Made by a program: the position numbers and the translations under genes
Part shown: positions 9,711 to 17,741 of the stretch, one piece after another
Layout: every line of letters starts with the position of its first letter
Numbering within the stretch: the first letter of the stretch is position 1
NCBI GenBank assembly: GCA_965216785.1
Contig: OZ244197.1
Location: 1,600,001-1,664,000 of the forward strand
Origin: Thermodesulfobacteriota bacterium
GTDB lineage: Bacteria; Desulfobacterota_D; UBA1144; Nemesobacterales; UBA2774
Direction of reading: 5' to 3'
Length of the DNA: 64,000 nucleotides
Notes under the pieces: generated by a model
Seen by the model: the letters and a program-made list of their open reading frames with translations, nothing else
The model's database searches: none
What the model was told of the DNA's origin: nothing

Positions 9711-9954
9711 AGATGGTGTGTAATTAAACATATGATGGTAATTAGTTGAGATTATTGAGAATATATGACTTTAAAAGAGAGCAGTGCACAAGCATAGTGA
9801 TATAAATAATTACTAGTCACTTGGTGTAATGATATTGAGTCACTTTTTCAACATCTGGTAGTTTCCATGTTTTGTCAAATAACGACTTCTCAGGCCTATA
9901 CAAACTGTTAATCAGAAAGAAGTCTTCTCCAGTAAGTAGCCAATTTGATTACTT

Positions 9955-11028
9955 TCACCCTCCATTATTGGGTTTGAGAGGAATCCCATTATCGTAACTA
10001 ATGTCCCCGTCAAGATATTTTTTACCAGGAGGTGCCTTATCACCGGGGACTCGCTCCTTTTCCACATAATGTCTGCCATCGTACACATGAGTAACATATG
10101 TCCGGGGAGCTCCGCCACCCGATTCTAACCGCACAATGTTGTTCCATCCCGATGTTCTCTCGTCAGAGACAATGACCGGTAAACGGCTTATGGGAAAGTT
10201 ATCAACTAATTCGTAACCTTCTTGGCTTGGAGTAAAAAGCATTAGACTACAGCCGCCTGTACCGCAGAATATTGAGCCCAAGAGGTAGACAAAGACTTCT
10301 TGGGCTCCATCACCGTTTAGATCAACCCGAGTGTAAACGTAACGCGCTGTGATTCCGTTACCAATATCCATCATCTCTTGATTATAGTCAGGAGACTCTC
10401 TAATTATAGCTGCCTCAATAACTGAGTCGGGCTCTGTCTGTAAGTTTCTTTGGTCGTCATGTGGTTCCCACACATAAATGCCGCCGTCTGCCATCAAACT
10501 AAGGTAGAGCTTACCATCTTTTAATAAGTAAGAGCGTACATATTGGGTATGAGTCGAAATTTGCTCATCCAGTCTCGGAGCGGGGCAGAGCGCATTTGTG
10601 GTCGCAAGCTTCCCAAATTCAAATCGACCGCTTGTGCCGTCAGGACCAGCTTGGGACGACCATGTTCCATTGGCTTGATTACAGTCAAGCATCATGTTGA
10701 CAGCCCCGTCAGCATTAAGTTGCATGGTAAACTTGGAAGAATCTTCTGGTCGTATCGTGTCCACTGAGTCATCCATTGACTGAAACTCTAGCAGGCGCCA
10801 TTTGGTTCCAGCGAGCGATTCTACGACACCGGTTTCAGAATCAGCAGTTTTATCCTTGTCCGACACGGCCTCAGTTGATTGAGTATCAGATTGTGTTTGA
10901 GGTTCATCACCGGACTGGCTGCACCCTGTGAACATGAGCAAACTTACTAAAAACATAACTACAATATAAAGGCACGTAGCTGAATTATATTTAAGATTCT
11001 TATTTACCACTGATTTAACTCGTTTCAC
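9955..11028 (-). CDS. META-domain lipoprotein with additional C-terminal domain
   Basis: Lipobox FTGC; LAGTKWRL...DCN..G.W...LATT.ALC META pattern; C-terminal DLNGDG...CGTGGC. True start may be downstream of 11028. Confidence 0.75.
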   Translation of the reverse strand: MKRVKSVVNKNLKYNSATCLYIVVMFLVSLLMFTGCSQSGDEPQTQSDTQSTEAVSDKDKTADSETGVVESLAGTKWRLLEFQSMDDSVDTIRPEDSSKFTMQLNADGAVNMMLDCNQANGTWSSQAGPDGTSGRFEFGKLATTNALCPAPRLDEQISTHTQYVRSYLLKDGKLYLSLMADGGIYVWEPHDDQRNLQTEPDSVIEAAIIRESPDYNQEMMDIGNGITARYVYTRVDLNGDGAQEVFVYLLGSIFCGTGGCSLMLFTPSQEGYELVDNFPISRLPVIVSDERTSGWNNIVRLESGGGAPRTYVTHVYDGRHYVEKERVPGDKAPPGKKYLDGDISYDNGIPLKPNNGG

Positions 11029-11121
11029 AAAATGCAGAAATCAGCAAAGTCTAAATTCTATTGAGTAAATTGCACTCTGCCTGCCAATAGAAATGACTCT
11101 GCTGATTTCTCAGTATCTTTA

Positions 11122-12147
11122 TCAACCGCCGTAAATTACTGCTTCGGGGATTTCATAACGCTCGTTTCCGGCATTTATCATATACAAGTCAGATTCTTTT
11201 TTAGATTCAAAATCCATGTTGCCGTCTGCTTGAGAAAGATCAGCGCTTACAGCGTTTCCGTTCTCAAAGAAAATAGCCCGCTTTCTTCCATCCGGTAGTG
11301 TGACTGTTACTGTTGCTGTTCCATTACCTTCTCTTGTCACACCGAATGGACACTGACCCATCGGCTGTCCTTTGGACTGTGCACAGGGGATATCTCCTGT
11401 GGCATCATATATATCCTGCCCGGCAAGCTCAGCACTCTGAGCCTCTGATGCCGAGTCAGGCGCGGAGAATGTAAGTTTCCATTTACCCCATTTAAATACT
11501 TCGTTATCTCCCTTGTCTATCATAGAAGCAATATTTTTAGACATACCCTCAGGTGTTTCCACTTGATAGCCATTGCTTTGTTCCATAAAGCTATAGGTCT
11601 GCCCGTTGCTAAAATTTATCACGTACTTATTGGTGTTTTGTGAAGCATGCTGTTCTATTTTACAGGTGCCTTTGTATTTATTGTTGTCGCTCTTTTTGTT
11701 ATACAAAGTGCATTGCCCGTCAACCGATGTTACAACAGGCTCAAACTCGGCAGTTTCACTATTCTTACAGTCAAATTCGGGTGCGTAAACAATCGACTGA
11801 TACCTGCCGTCTGCTGTACGGATCGTAACGCATTTTCCTGTGCTGTTTTCTGTCCAATAACTATAGGAGCTGTCACCGGACTTATCGGTTTTTACGTAAG
11901 TGTAGCCCCTCTGCTTAAGTCCCATCTCAGCCTGACCAGCTTTTGCTCCAACAAGGTCAGATAACCCTTCGACCGGGTCCTGGGCATATACAGGCTGTAC
12001 AGTTTGTGAAATAACGATTAAGAAAACGATAATGAAAAGACTAGATAAAAGGTAGCGCATAGCATTCCCTCCTGAACATTTTATTTTTGACCAACCCGCC
12101 ATAAACAATTGAATAATTATTCTGATTAAAGTTGTAGTATCAAGCAT
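11122..12147 (-). CDS. Secreted multi-domain hypothetical protein (start probably 12060)
   Basis: SD GGAGG before MRYLL; signal peptide; Cys pairs; ends ERYEIPEAVIYGG. Confidence 0.75.
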   Translation of the reverse strand: MLDTTTLIRIIIQLFMAGWSKIKCSGGNAMRYLLSSLFIIVFLIVISQTVQPVYAQDPVEGLSDLVGAKAGQAEMGLKQRGYTYVKTDKSGDSSYSYWTENSTGKCVTIRTADGRYQSIVYAPEFDCKNSETAEFEPVVTSVDGQCTLYNKKSDNNKYKGTCKIEQHASQNTNKYVINFSNGQTYSFMEQSNGYQVETPEGMSKNIASMIDKGDNEVFKWGKWKLTFSAPDSASEAQSAELAGQDIYDATGDIPCAQSKGQPMGQCPFGVTREGNGTATVTVTLPDGRKRAIFFENGNAVSADLSQADGNMDFESKKESDLYMINAGNERYEIPEAVIYGG

Positions 12148-12227
12148 TATTTTGACTATGGCAGAGGTATATCAGACTTCGAAATTTGATAGTCATCTTG
12201 ACCCTGGAATCAAACTTGATATTATGG

Positions 12228-12248
12228 GTGGTATTGTGTACATAACGT
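12228..12248. repeat. R2 right half
   Basis: GTGGTATTGTGTACATAACGT. Confidence 0.65.
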
Positions 12249-12311
12249 GAGCGTGTTGAGGGCTTAATCCGGGTGCTGTAATTATGCACAATTATTGAGT
12301 TTTCTGGCAAT

Positions 12312-12337
12312 AAAAAAGGGAGCCGAAGCTCCCATTT
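12312..12337 (-). terminator. cUUCGg intrinsic terminator
   Basis: AAAAAAGGGAGCCGAAGCTCCCATTT. Confidence 0.8.
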
Positions 12338-12373
12338 GCGTTTTCAATGAGTACTGTATAGGTTAGTTTCCGA

Positions 12374-12550
12374 TTAAGCTGTAACTTTCTGCTGTGGATA
12401 ACTATTAAACCTATAATTCTTAATACTCCTACCATGGCTAACAGTCTCCTTTCGATAAGGGTTGGGATGGGTGTAACAAAATCAGCTCCTTTTATTACAG
12501 CTATAATCACTGAATCATTGGCAGCTGGCTCTGTACACAACTTACAAAGT
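12374..12550 (-). pseudogene. Decayed IPTL-CTERM gene remnant
   Basis: TPIPTLIERRLLAMVGVLRIIGLIVIHSR is a degenerate IPTLSEWGLIAMAGVLGIIGL; a 1-nt loss disrupts the RKVTA* end; terminator retained. Confidence 0.8.
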
Positions 12551-12619
12551 CCTTGAGCATCCTCCTTACTAAGAATATAGGACATAAAATATATATGTAA
12601 TCCTGCTATAATATACCTT

Positions 12620-12652
12620 TCAGAGCTCATACAGGCCCGTAGAGACGATTTT
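12620..12652 (+). repeat. 33-bp exact repeat, copy 2
   Basis: Identical to 5130-5162; flanks also similar. Confidence 0.9.
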
Positions 12653-12750
12653 TTTAGGTGCCCCTGAGCTTACCCCGGTTATTTGATTTAAAGAGCCTCT
12701 GTAACTAGGCTCTTAATATTTTACCGCTTCCCTCTTGCTAAGCATGTCTT

Positions 12751-12821
12751 CTGCGTTTATATGTTTTCTGAATAATAAAAAGAAGGGATATAAAATTCCT
12801 TTATTATGTCTACAATGTAAG
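12751..12821. repeat. R2 repeat, diverged copy
   Basis: CTGCGTTTATATG...AAAGAAGGGATATAAA...TATTATG...AATGTAAG. Confidence 0.55.
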
Positions 12822-13239
12822 CTTGTCCGGCTCTTAATTGGATTACCGTGATGATTAACATATGAGATGAGGGAATTTCTCGATATTGTCTTATAGTTTC
12901 AGACGTTCTGTTTCCTAGTTCATATTTAGCAACCTCTGTAATGTTAAGTATAATCAAGATCCTTTCATACGGTATAGAAAATGTCACCTCGTCACAACAT
13001 ATTCAGACTCTCTTATATAAAAATAATTTTAATGGAAGAACAATCTGCTTTGGATTGTAATGAGTATGCTGCTAGGTGGCTCAACAGCTAAACATCTGGA
13101 TCCGTATTCCCAGTCCTATTTACTTTTATAAGATTTCAATTATTATGACTCTCAACATTAAAAACAAATGTTCACATTTAGTGGTCTTGCATGGGAAGGA
13201 TTCGCAGTGATGGACAAAAATTAAAAGAGAAGCCGTAAT

Positions 13240-14175
13240 ATGCGTCATTTTAATAATATTCTTTATGTCGGGCATGGTACCTCAGATGAAACCGAAGGCC
13301 TCAAGCAGGCGCTGAGTCTGGCCCGTAATAATCAAGCCCCGCTGAAAGTTCTTATCGTGTGCCCGGATTTCCCCACAGATATGCCTGATTATAAAATGAA
13401 GTACGAAGAATCGCTTCTGGAGCAGGCAAACGCCTCCATCCACTCTACCAAAAAGGCGATAAAAATTGCCGAAGAAGACGTAGAGCTTTCTGTAGAGCTG
13501 GAAAGCGATAAAAATCCCTCTATACGCATTATTCAGCATGTGTTGCGTAACAGTCACGATCTGGTTATTAAAGAAGCCGAACCCCTTGAGGATGGTGGTT
13601 TTAAGGCTATCGACATGAGCCTGCTACGCAAATGCCCGTGCCCGGTGTGGCTGTGCCGAGCTATCAAACAAACCCGACAGCAAATCCATGTGGCGGTGGC
13701 CATTGATCCTGCGAGTAAGGAACCGGCAGTGCAAGCACTCTCAAAGAGAATGCTGGAGCTCTCTAGTTCACTCGCAGATAGTTGCAGCGGGGAATTGAGC
13801 ATTATTTCCTGTTGGGACTATGAATTCGAGAATTATTTGCGTGGCAGTATGTGGATAAAAATGTATGATCAGCAAATTACAGAAATTGTTATACAGGCAC
13901 AGAATAATCACAAGGCCGTTCTGGAAGCCTTGATCAAGGAATCAAGGATTTCAGGCATATACCATATACATCATCTTAGGGGCCGGGCTGAAGAATTGAT
14001 CCCATCATTTACGGAGAATAAGAAGGTCGATATCCTTGTAATGGGCACGGTGGCGCGTACCGGAATAAAGGGATTGTTGATTGGAAACACGGCGGAAAAT
14101 ATCGTACAGAAACTTTCCTGCTCGCTGATTGCGTTGAAGCCAAGCGGTTTTATCTCCCCGGTAAAGGCGTATTAG
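13240..14175 (+). CDS. Tandem-domain universal stress protein (UspE-like)
   Basis: LLRKCPCPVW; VDILVMGTVARTGIKGLLIGNTAENIVQKLSCSLIALKP. Confidence 0.92.
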   Translation: MRHFNNILYVGHGTSDETEGLKQALSLARNNQAPLKVLIVCPDFPTDMPDYKMKYEESLLEQANASIHSTKKAIKIAEEDVELSVELESDKNPSIRIIQHVLRNSHDLVIKEAEPLEDGGFKAIDMSLLRKCPCPVWLCRAIKQTRQQIHVAVAIDPASKEPAVQALSKRMLELSSSLADSCSGELSIISCWDYEFENYLRGSMWIKMYDQQITEIVIQAQNNHKAVLEALIKESRISGIYHIHHLRGRAEELIPSFTENKKVDILVMGTVARTGIKGLLIGNTAENIVQKLSCSLIALKPSGFISPVKAY

Positions 14176-14192
14176 CACAAGGGAAGGTCTGA

Positions 14193-14297
14193 ATGCAAGA
14201 GATGGAACCAGATCGTGTAGCGCAAAGCTGGCATAGCGAAACAGCGGATCATAGTTTGACAAGCCCCAGAAAACATGTCCACCTTTTAAATTATTAA
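14193..14297 (+). pseudogene. Possible truncated 5' stub of a P-type ATPase-like gene
   Basis: SD then MQEMEPDRVAQSWHSETADHSL; the sequence then turns AT-rich and stops. Confidence 0.35.
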
Positions 14298-14357
14298 TAT
14301 TCATATAATCCTCTCTAATAAGTTGAGGCAAATCCATGCTACTCACCTTTTTTATAA

Positions 14358-14570
14358 GTCGTTTATGCATTTTAACACTAGAAAAGAACGGGTATTAGTC
14401 CCGTTATTGTGATTACAATGTAAGTGTGATTGGATCTAGCTTAAGGTACTGTGTTTGTTGGTTGTTTTGATGCACTTCTGCGCTTATATGTGTTCACAAT
14501 TGTAGTAAAGAAGGGGTATAAATGAGTGGTATTGTGAACATAACGTAAGTGTGATTGGCTCTAGCTTAAG
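14358..14570. repeat. Two tandem R2 copies (~125-bp period)
   Basis: Both followed by GTAAGTGTGATTGG(A/C)TCTAGCTTAAG. The second copy has a perfect 10-bp inverted repeat TGTTCACAAT (14491) / ATTGTGAACA (14531). Confidence 0.75.
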
Positions 14571-14607
14571 TTGCTGATATGACTGACTATTATAAGGGTG
14601 CTACTGT

Positions 14608-14649
14608 TGTACTGCTCCCCTTTCGTCAAGATAGATTTAAGTTAAGATT
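14608..14649. repeat. IS150-like end relic, copy 2
   Basis: TGTACTGCTCCCCTTTCGTCAAGATAGATTTAAGTT. Confidence 0.6.
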
Positions 14650-14669
14650 ATCAATAAAAGAACTACAAT

Positions 14670-14696
14670 AAAAAAGGGAACCGAAGCTCCCTTTTT
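14670..14696 (-). terminator. cUUCGg intrinsic terminator
   Basis: AAAAAAGGGAACCGAAGCTCCCTTTTT. Confidence 0.8.
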
Positions 14697-14722
14697 GTGT
14701 ATTCATTTGGTTCTGTATGAGA

Positions 14723-15451
14723 TTAAATTGTAACCCTTCTTCCATGGATAGCCAATAAACCTATTATCCCTAGTACTAACGCCACGGCTATAAGACCCCA
14801 TTCGGATAGGGTAGGGATAGGTCTAGCAGACCCACATGTACCGAATGAGAGCTCATATAGCAGTTCAAGTTGCGGTTGTCCTGATTCTCCGAGTTCGATG
14901 CGTGTTATTGGACCGCCAACTGATAATACACCCAAAAACGTACCGTTAACAGGTGTCACATTCACGGTGGTTGAGCCTAGAAAGATGTTTCCTGCACCAC
15001 CACCGAATACCTGCACTTCTACGGTCGAATTAACGTCAGAAGAAACAATCACCATTCCAAAAGTGTTTACAACTTCAGTAAATGTAATCACCGTCTTATC
15101 TGTGCCGACAGAAGCCCCTACGGCAACATTTGTTAATCCACTAAAGGGTGGTGTTAACACCAGTATAGGATTACCAGGATCGGTAGATCCACTGAGTGAA
15201 AACCCGGGAATAAGGGCTCCCGGTGAGTAACAGATATTATTTGTAAAGCTGTTAAAAGGACCTGGGCAAGATTCGACATCGTTAGGCGGGACGTTGGTGT
15301 TTTCGAAGCCTTCAACTGCGAGATTATCGCAAGTATTATTAAATAACCCCTCGTCATCAAAGAATTGCAGAGCCTGCGCACTGGCCATTGTAGACGTAAC
15401 TAGAATTAAAGCTATAAATAGCACTAATGTTTTTAATATTGTCTTATACAT
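14723..15451 (-). CDS. IPTL-CTERM surface protein (beta-sandwich-like unknown domain)
   Basis: Signal peptide; GTFLGV...ITRIE; IPTLSEWGL tail. Confidence 0.88.
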   Translation of the reverse strand: MYKTILKTLVLFIALILVTSTMASAQALQFFDDEGLFNNTCDNLAVEGFENTNVPPNDVESCPGPFNSFTNNICYSPGALIPGFSLSGSTDPGNPILVLTPPFSGLTNVAVGASVGTDKTVITFTEVVNTFGMVIVSSDVNSTVEVQVFGGGAGNIFLGSTTVNVTPVNGTFLGVLSVGGPITRIELGESGQPQLELLYELSFGTCGSARPIPTLSEWGLIAVALVLGIIGLLAIHGRRVTI

Positions 15452-15485
15452 TAAAAGTTCCTCCTTTAAACAATCACGCTTGACG

Positions 15486-15522
15486 ATTATATAATAATTG
15501 CAAAGAATTGTATAGCTAGTCT
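15486..15522 (-). promoter_or_regulatory. Promoter-like motif shared with 8021-8057
   Basis: Minus strand AGACTAGCTATACA-17 nt-TATAAT, about 35 nt before the ATG at 15451. Confidence 0.55.
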
Positions 15523-15565
15523 GTTAAACCCACGAAAATCAGTCCATCTTAGAAAGTTATAAATT

Positions 15566-15606
15566 TGTACTGTACCCCTATGTCAAGACAGGTTTTAGTT
15601 GAATTT
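15566..15606. repeat. IS150-like end relic, copy 3
   Basis: TGTACTGTACCCCTATGTCAAGACAGGTTTTAGTT. Confidence 0.6.
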
Positions 15607-15625
15607 AATACCGAAGAACTAAACT

Positions 15626-15650
15626 AAAAAGGGAGCCGAAGCTCCCCTTT
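15626..15650 (-). terminator. cUUCGg intrinsic terminator
   Basis: AAAAAGGGAGCCGAAGCTCCCCTTT. Confidence 0.85.
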
Positions 15651-15673
15651 GTTCTGTTTCCGATAGTCTCTGA

Positions 15674-17035
15674 TTAAGCTGTTGCGTACTTTTTCCTGAT
15701 TGCTATAAATCCTACGAGTCCTAATAAACCAGCCATTACTATGAGACCCCATTCTGATAGGGTTGGTATGGGAAGTGGTCCAGTGTCGCGGCATACTGCC
15801 AAGAATATTTGCTCTCTTGCATCAGGGTTCCCGCCGTTGATGTTCGCCTGTGACTCAAAGGCGATACGCGTGCCGTCTCCGTTTATTGAAGCGTCTTCGC
15901 TCTCTGTATTTCCCGGTCCTGATTCATTGGTTACACGGGTGAAAGTTCCCGAGCTAATATCAAAAACGTATACTTCCTCATCATTATCAGGATTAGGGCC
16001 GATAATATTTGCAGTTGACTCAAAGGCGATGCGTGCGCCGTTTGCGCTTAATGAAGGGTCACGGCTATTACCCGATGTCGTATTTGTTATCTGTGTGATT
16101 GTACCTGTAGTTACATTGGCAAGGTATATTTCTTGATTACCTTCCGGATTGCCCCCGTTGATGTTACCGCGCGACGAGAACGCTATAAGCGTGCCGTCAG
16201 CGTTAATTGAAGGTTGAAATGAGTCGCCATCCGATTGAAAAGTTATTTGAGTAAATGTGCCTGTTGTTGTATCGAAGAGGTATATCTGTGATATATTGAG
16301 CGGGTTACCTCCATTGATATTTGCTTCAGACCTAAAGGCTATACGCGTTCCATCCGCGTTTACAGAAGGGGTTCTATTTGAAAAACCGCCAATTGTGTCG
16401 GTTATCTGGGTGAATGTACCTGTCGTTACGTTGAAAAGGAATATCTCCATGTTTCCGTCAGGATTAGCGCCTGTTATGTCTGCCTCGGACCCAAAAGCTA
16501 TAATTGTCCCGGATGCATTAGCTGAAGGTGACGCAACACCATCATTCGGGTCTGTAATATTTGTAATTTGAGTAATTACCCCGGTCGTATTATTGACAAG
16601 GAATATCTGATCTATATTTTGAGGGTTATTCCCGGTGAGGTTAGAATCTGATCTAAATACAGTAACTGTGCCATCCCCGCTTATACAAGGACTGTCGCTG
16701 TTAACTGATCCGTCAGTCAACTGGGTTATAGCACCTGTAATAGCATTGACAAGGAATATCTGCCGGATGTTGTTAGGGTTATCGCCCGTAAAATTTGCCG
16801 ATGAAATAAAGACAACGCTAATCCCGGCGTCGTCAATAGAAGCATCGTCACTATTCTGAAAATCATCAGTTAGTTGCTGTATAGCACGCTCAGGGCAGAC
16901 GAGGGGTTGTGCCATTGCGGAATTAGTTGTAATTAGAAACGATGCAATTAGAAACAGCAGTAATATGAAAAGGTTAATAACTTTTTTGGAGTGCGGATAT
17001 TCTTCGTTTGCTTCAATTATTCTTATAGATTTCAT
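15674..17035 (-). CDS. IPTL-CTERM surface protein, TolB/PD40-like beta-propeller
   Basis: Same repeat unit; IPTLSEWGL...RKKYATA. Confidence 0.9.
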   Translation of the reverse strand: MKSIRIIEANEEYPHSKKVINLFILLLFLIASFLITTNSAMAQPLVCPERAIQQLTDDFQNSDDASIDDAGISVVFISSANFTGDNPNNIRQIFLVNAITGAITQLTDGSVNSDSPCISGDGTVTVFRSDSNLTGNNPQNIDQIFLVNNTTGVITQITNITDPNDGVASPSANASGTIIAFGSEADITGANPDGNMEIFLFNVTTGTFTQITDTIGGFSNRTPSVNADGTRIAFRSEANINGGNPLNISQIYLFDTTTGTFTQITFQSDGDSFQPSINADGTLIAFSSRGNINGGNPEGNQEIYLANVTTGTITQITNTTSGNSRDPSLSANGARIAFESTANIIGPNPDNDEEVYVFDISSGTFTRVTNESGPGNTESEDASINGDGTRIAFESQANINGGNPDAREQIFLAVCRDTGPLPIPTLSEWGLIVMAGLLGLVGFIAIRKKYATA

Positions 17036-17171
17036 CTTCTATGTCCTCCTCTGGAAAAAGACTCTGAACAGTATCTTACAATAAATCAGAAGAAATTAAT
17101 AGGTTTTCGCAGCACTGCTATATAGTAGTAATTAAAGAGCTTAATTCTGCATCGATGCTGTATCGTAATAT

Positions 17172-17449
17172 TTATTTCGCATGGGTGGCCTTAAAAATTT
17201 CAAACCCATCTGGATAGAAACGTATCCTGTCCTCATCAGCTAACTTTTCATAAAGACACTCTGCCTTCTTAAACTGGCCCCGCATAATACATAAATTAAT
17301 AGCATCCGCAATTGTATACGGCTCCTTGATTTCGGCTAGATACTCTTCACGGTCTTTAAACGCACCTGAGAACAATTGTTCAAATTCTTCGTCTGTTATA
17401 TCTAAGTCAATAATTGTCCTTATTGTATTAGCCTCTCTTGTTTAGACAT
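17172..17449 (-). pseudogene. Small hypothetical gene, apparently frameshifted near its start
   Basis: ATG at 17449 (MSKQE) is one base out of frame with the open frame EANTIRTIIDLDITDEEFEQLFSGAF... Confidence 0.35.
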
Positions 17450-17546
17450 TAACTATAAAGGAAAAGTATAGCTGGTCTTAACAAAAGTAAATCGCTTTTT
17501 TAGTTGCTTGACTTTGACTTGATATGACTATATAATATATATTCAC

Positions 17547-17741
17547 ATGACTAAAAGATTCAGACCCAATTTGATACACATATATCTCCATCCTGATGAG
17601 GACAAGTTCCTCAAGAACTACGCCGAGAAGAACTACATGACAGCTTCTGAGCTTATCAGAGGCTGGATTCACGAAGTTATGAAAATAGAAGGGGTCGAGA
17701 TTACAGAACCAAGAAATCCTGAAAGGAAAAAGGGGAGGTGA
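17547..17741 (+). CDS. Ribbon-helix-helix-like small regulator
   Basis: IHIYL...EDKFLKNYAEKNYMTASELIRGWI; overlaps the integrase start. Confidence 0.7.
   Translation: MTKRFRPNLIHIYLHPDEDKFLKNYAEKNYMTASELIRGWIHEVMKIEGVEITEPRNPERKKGR

Noticed and set aside
8080-9788. Complete IS-ended cassette with both inverted repeats
   Set aside because: The candidate partner end GAGAGCAGTGCA is only a weak match and no target-site duplication is visible.
12292-12987. ORFs 12292-12630 and 12757-12987 as real genes
   Set aside because: They run through non-coding repeats, a terminator and the IPTL relic, with no convincing SD or domain.
14491-14540. Rex operator (TTGTGAA/TTCACAA half-sites)
   Set aside because: The half-sites are in the wrong orientation and 30 bp apart.
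9640-15650. CRISPR array
   Set aside because: The repeats are dispersed, diverged and kilobases apart, with no regular spacers or cas genes.
5284-17035. Diversity-generating retroelement acting on the propeller or lectin genes
   Set aside because: No reverse transcriptase, and no template/variable repeat pair differing only at adenines, was seen.
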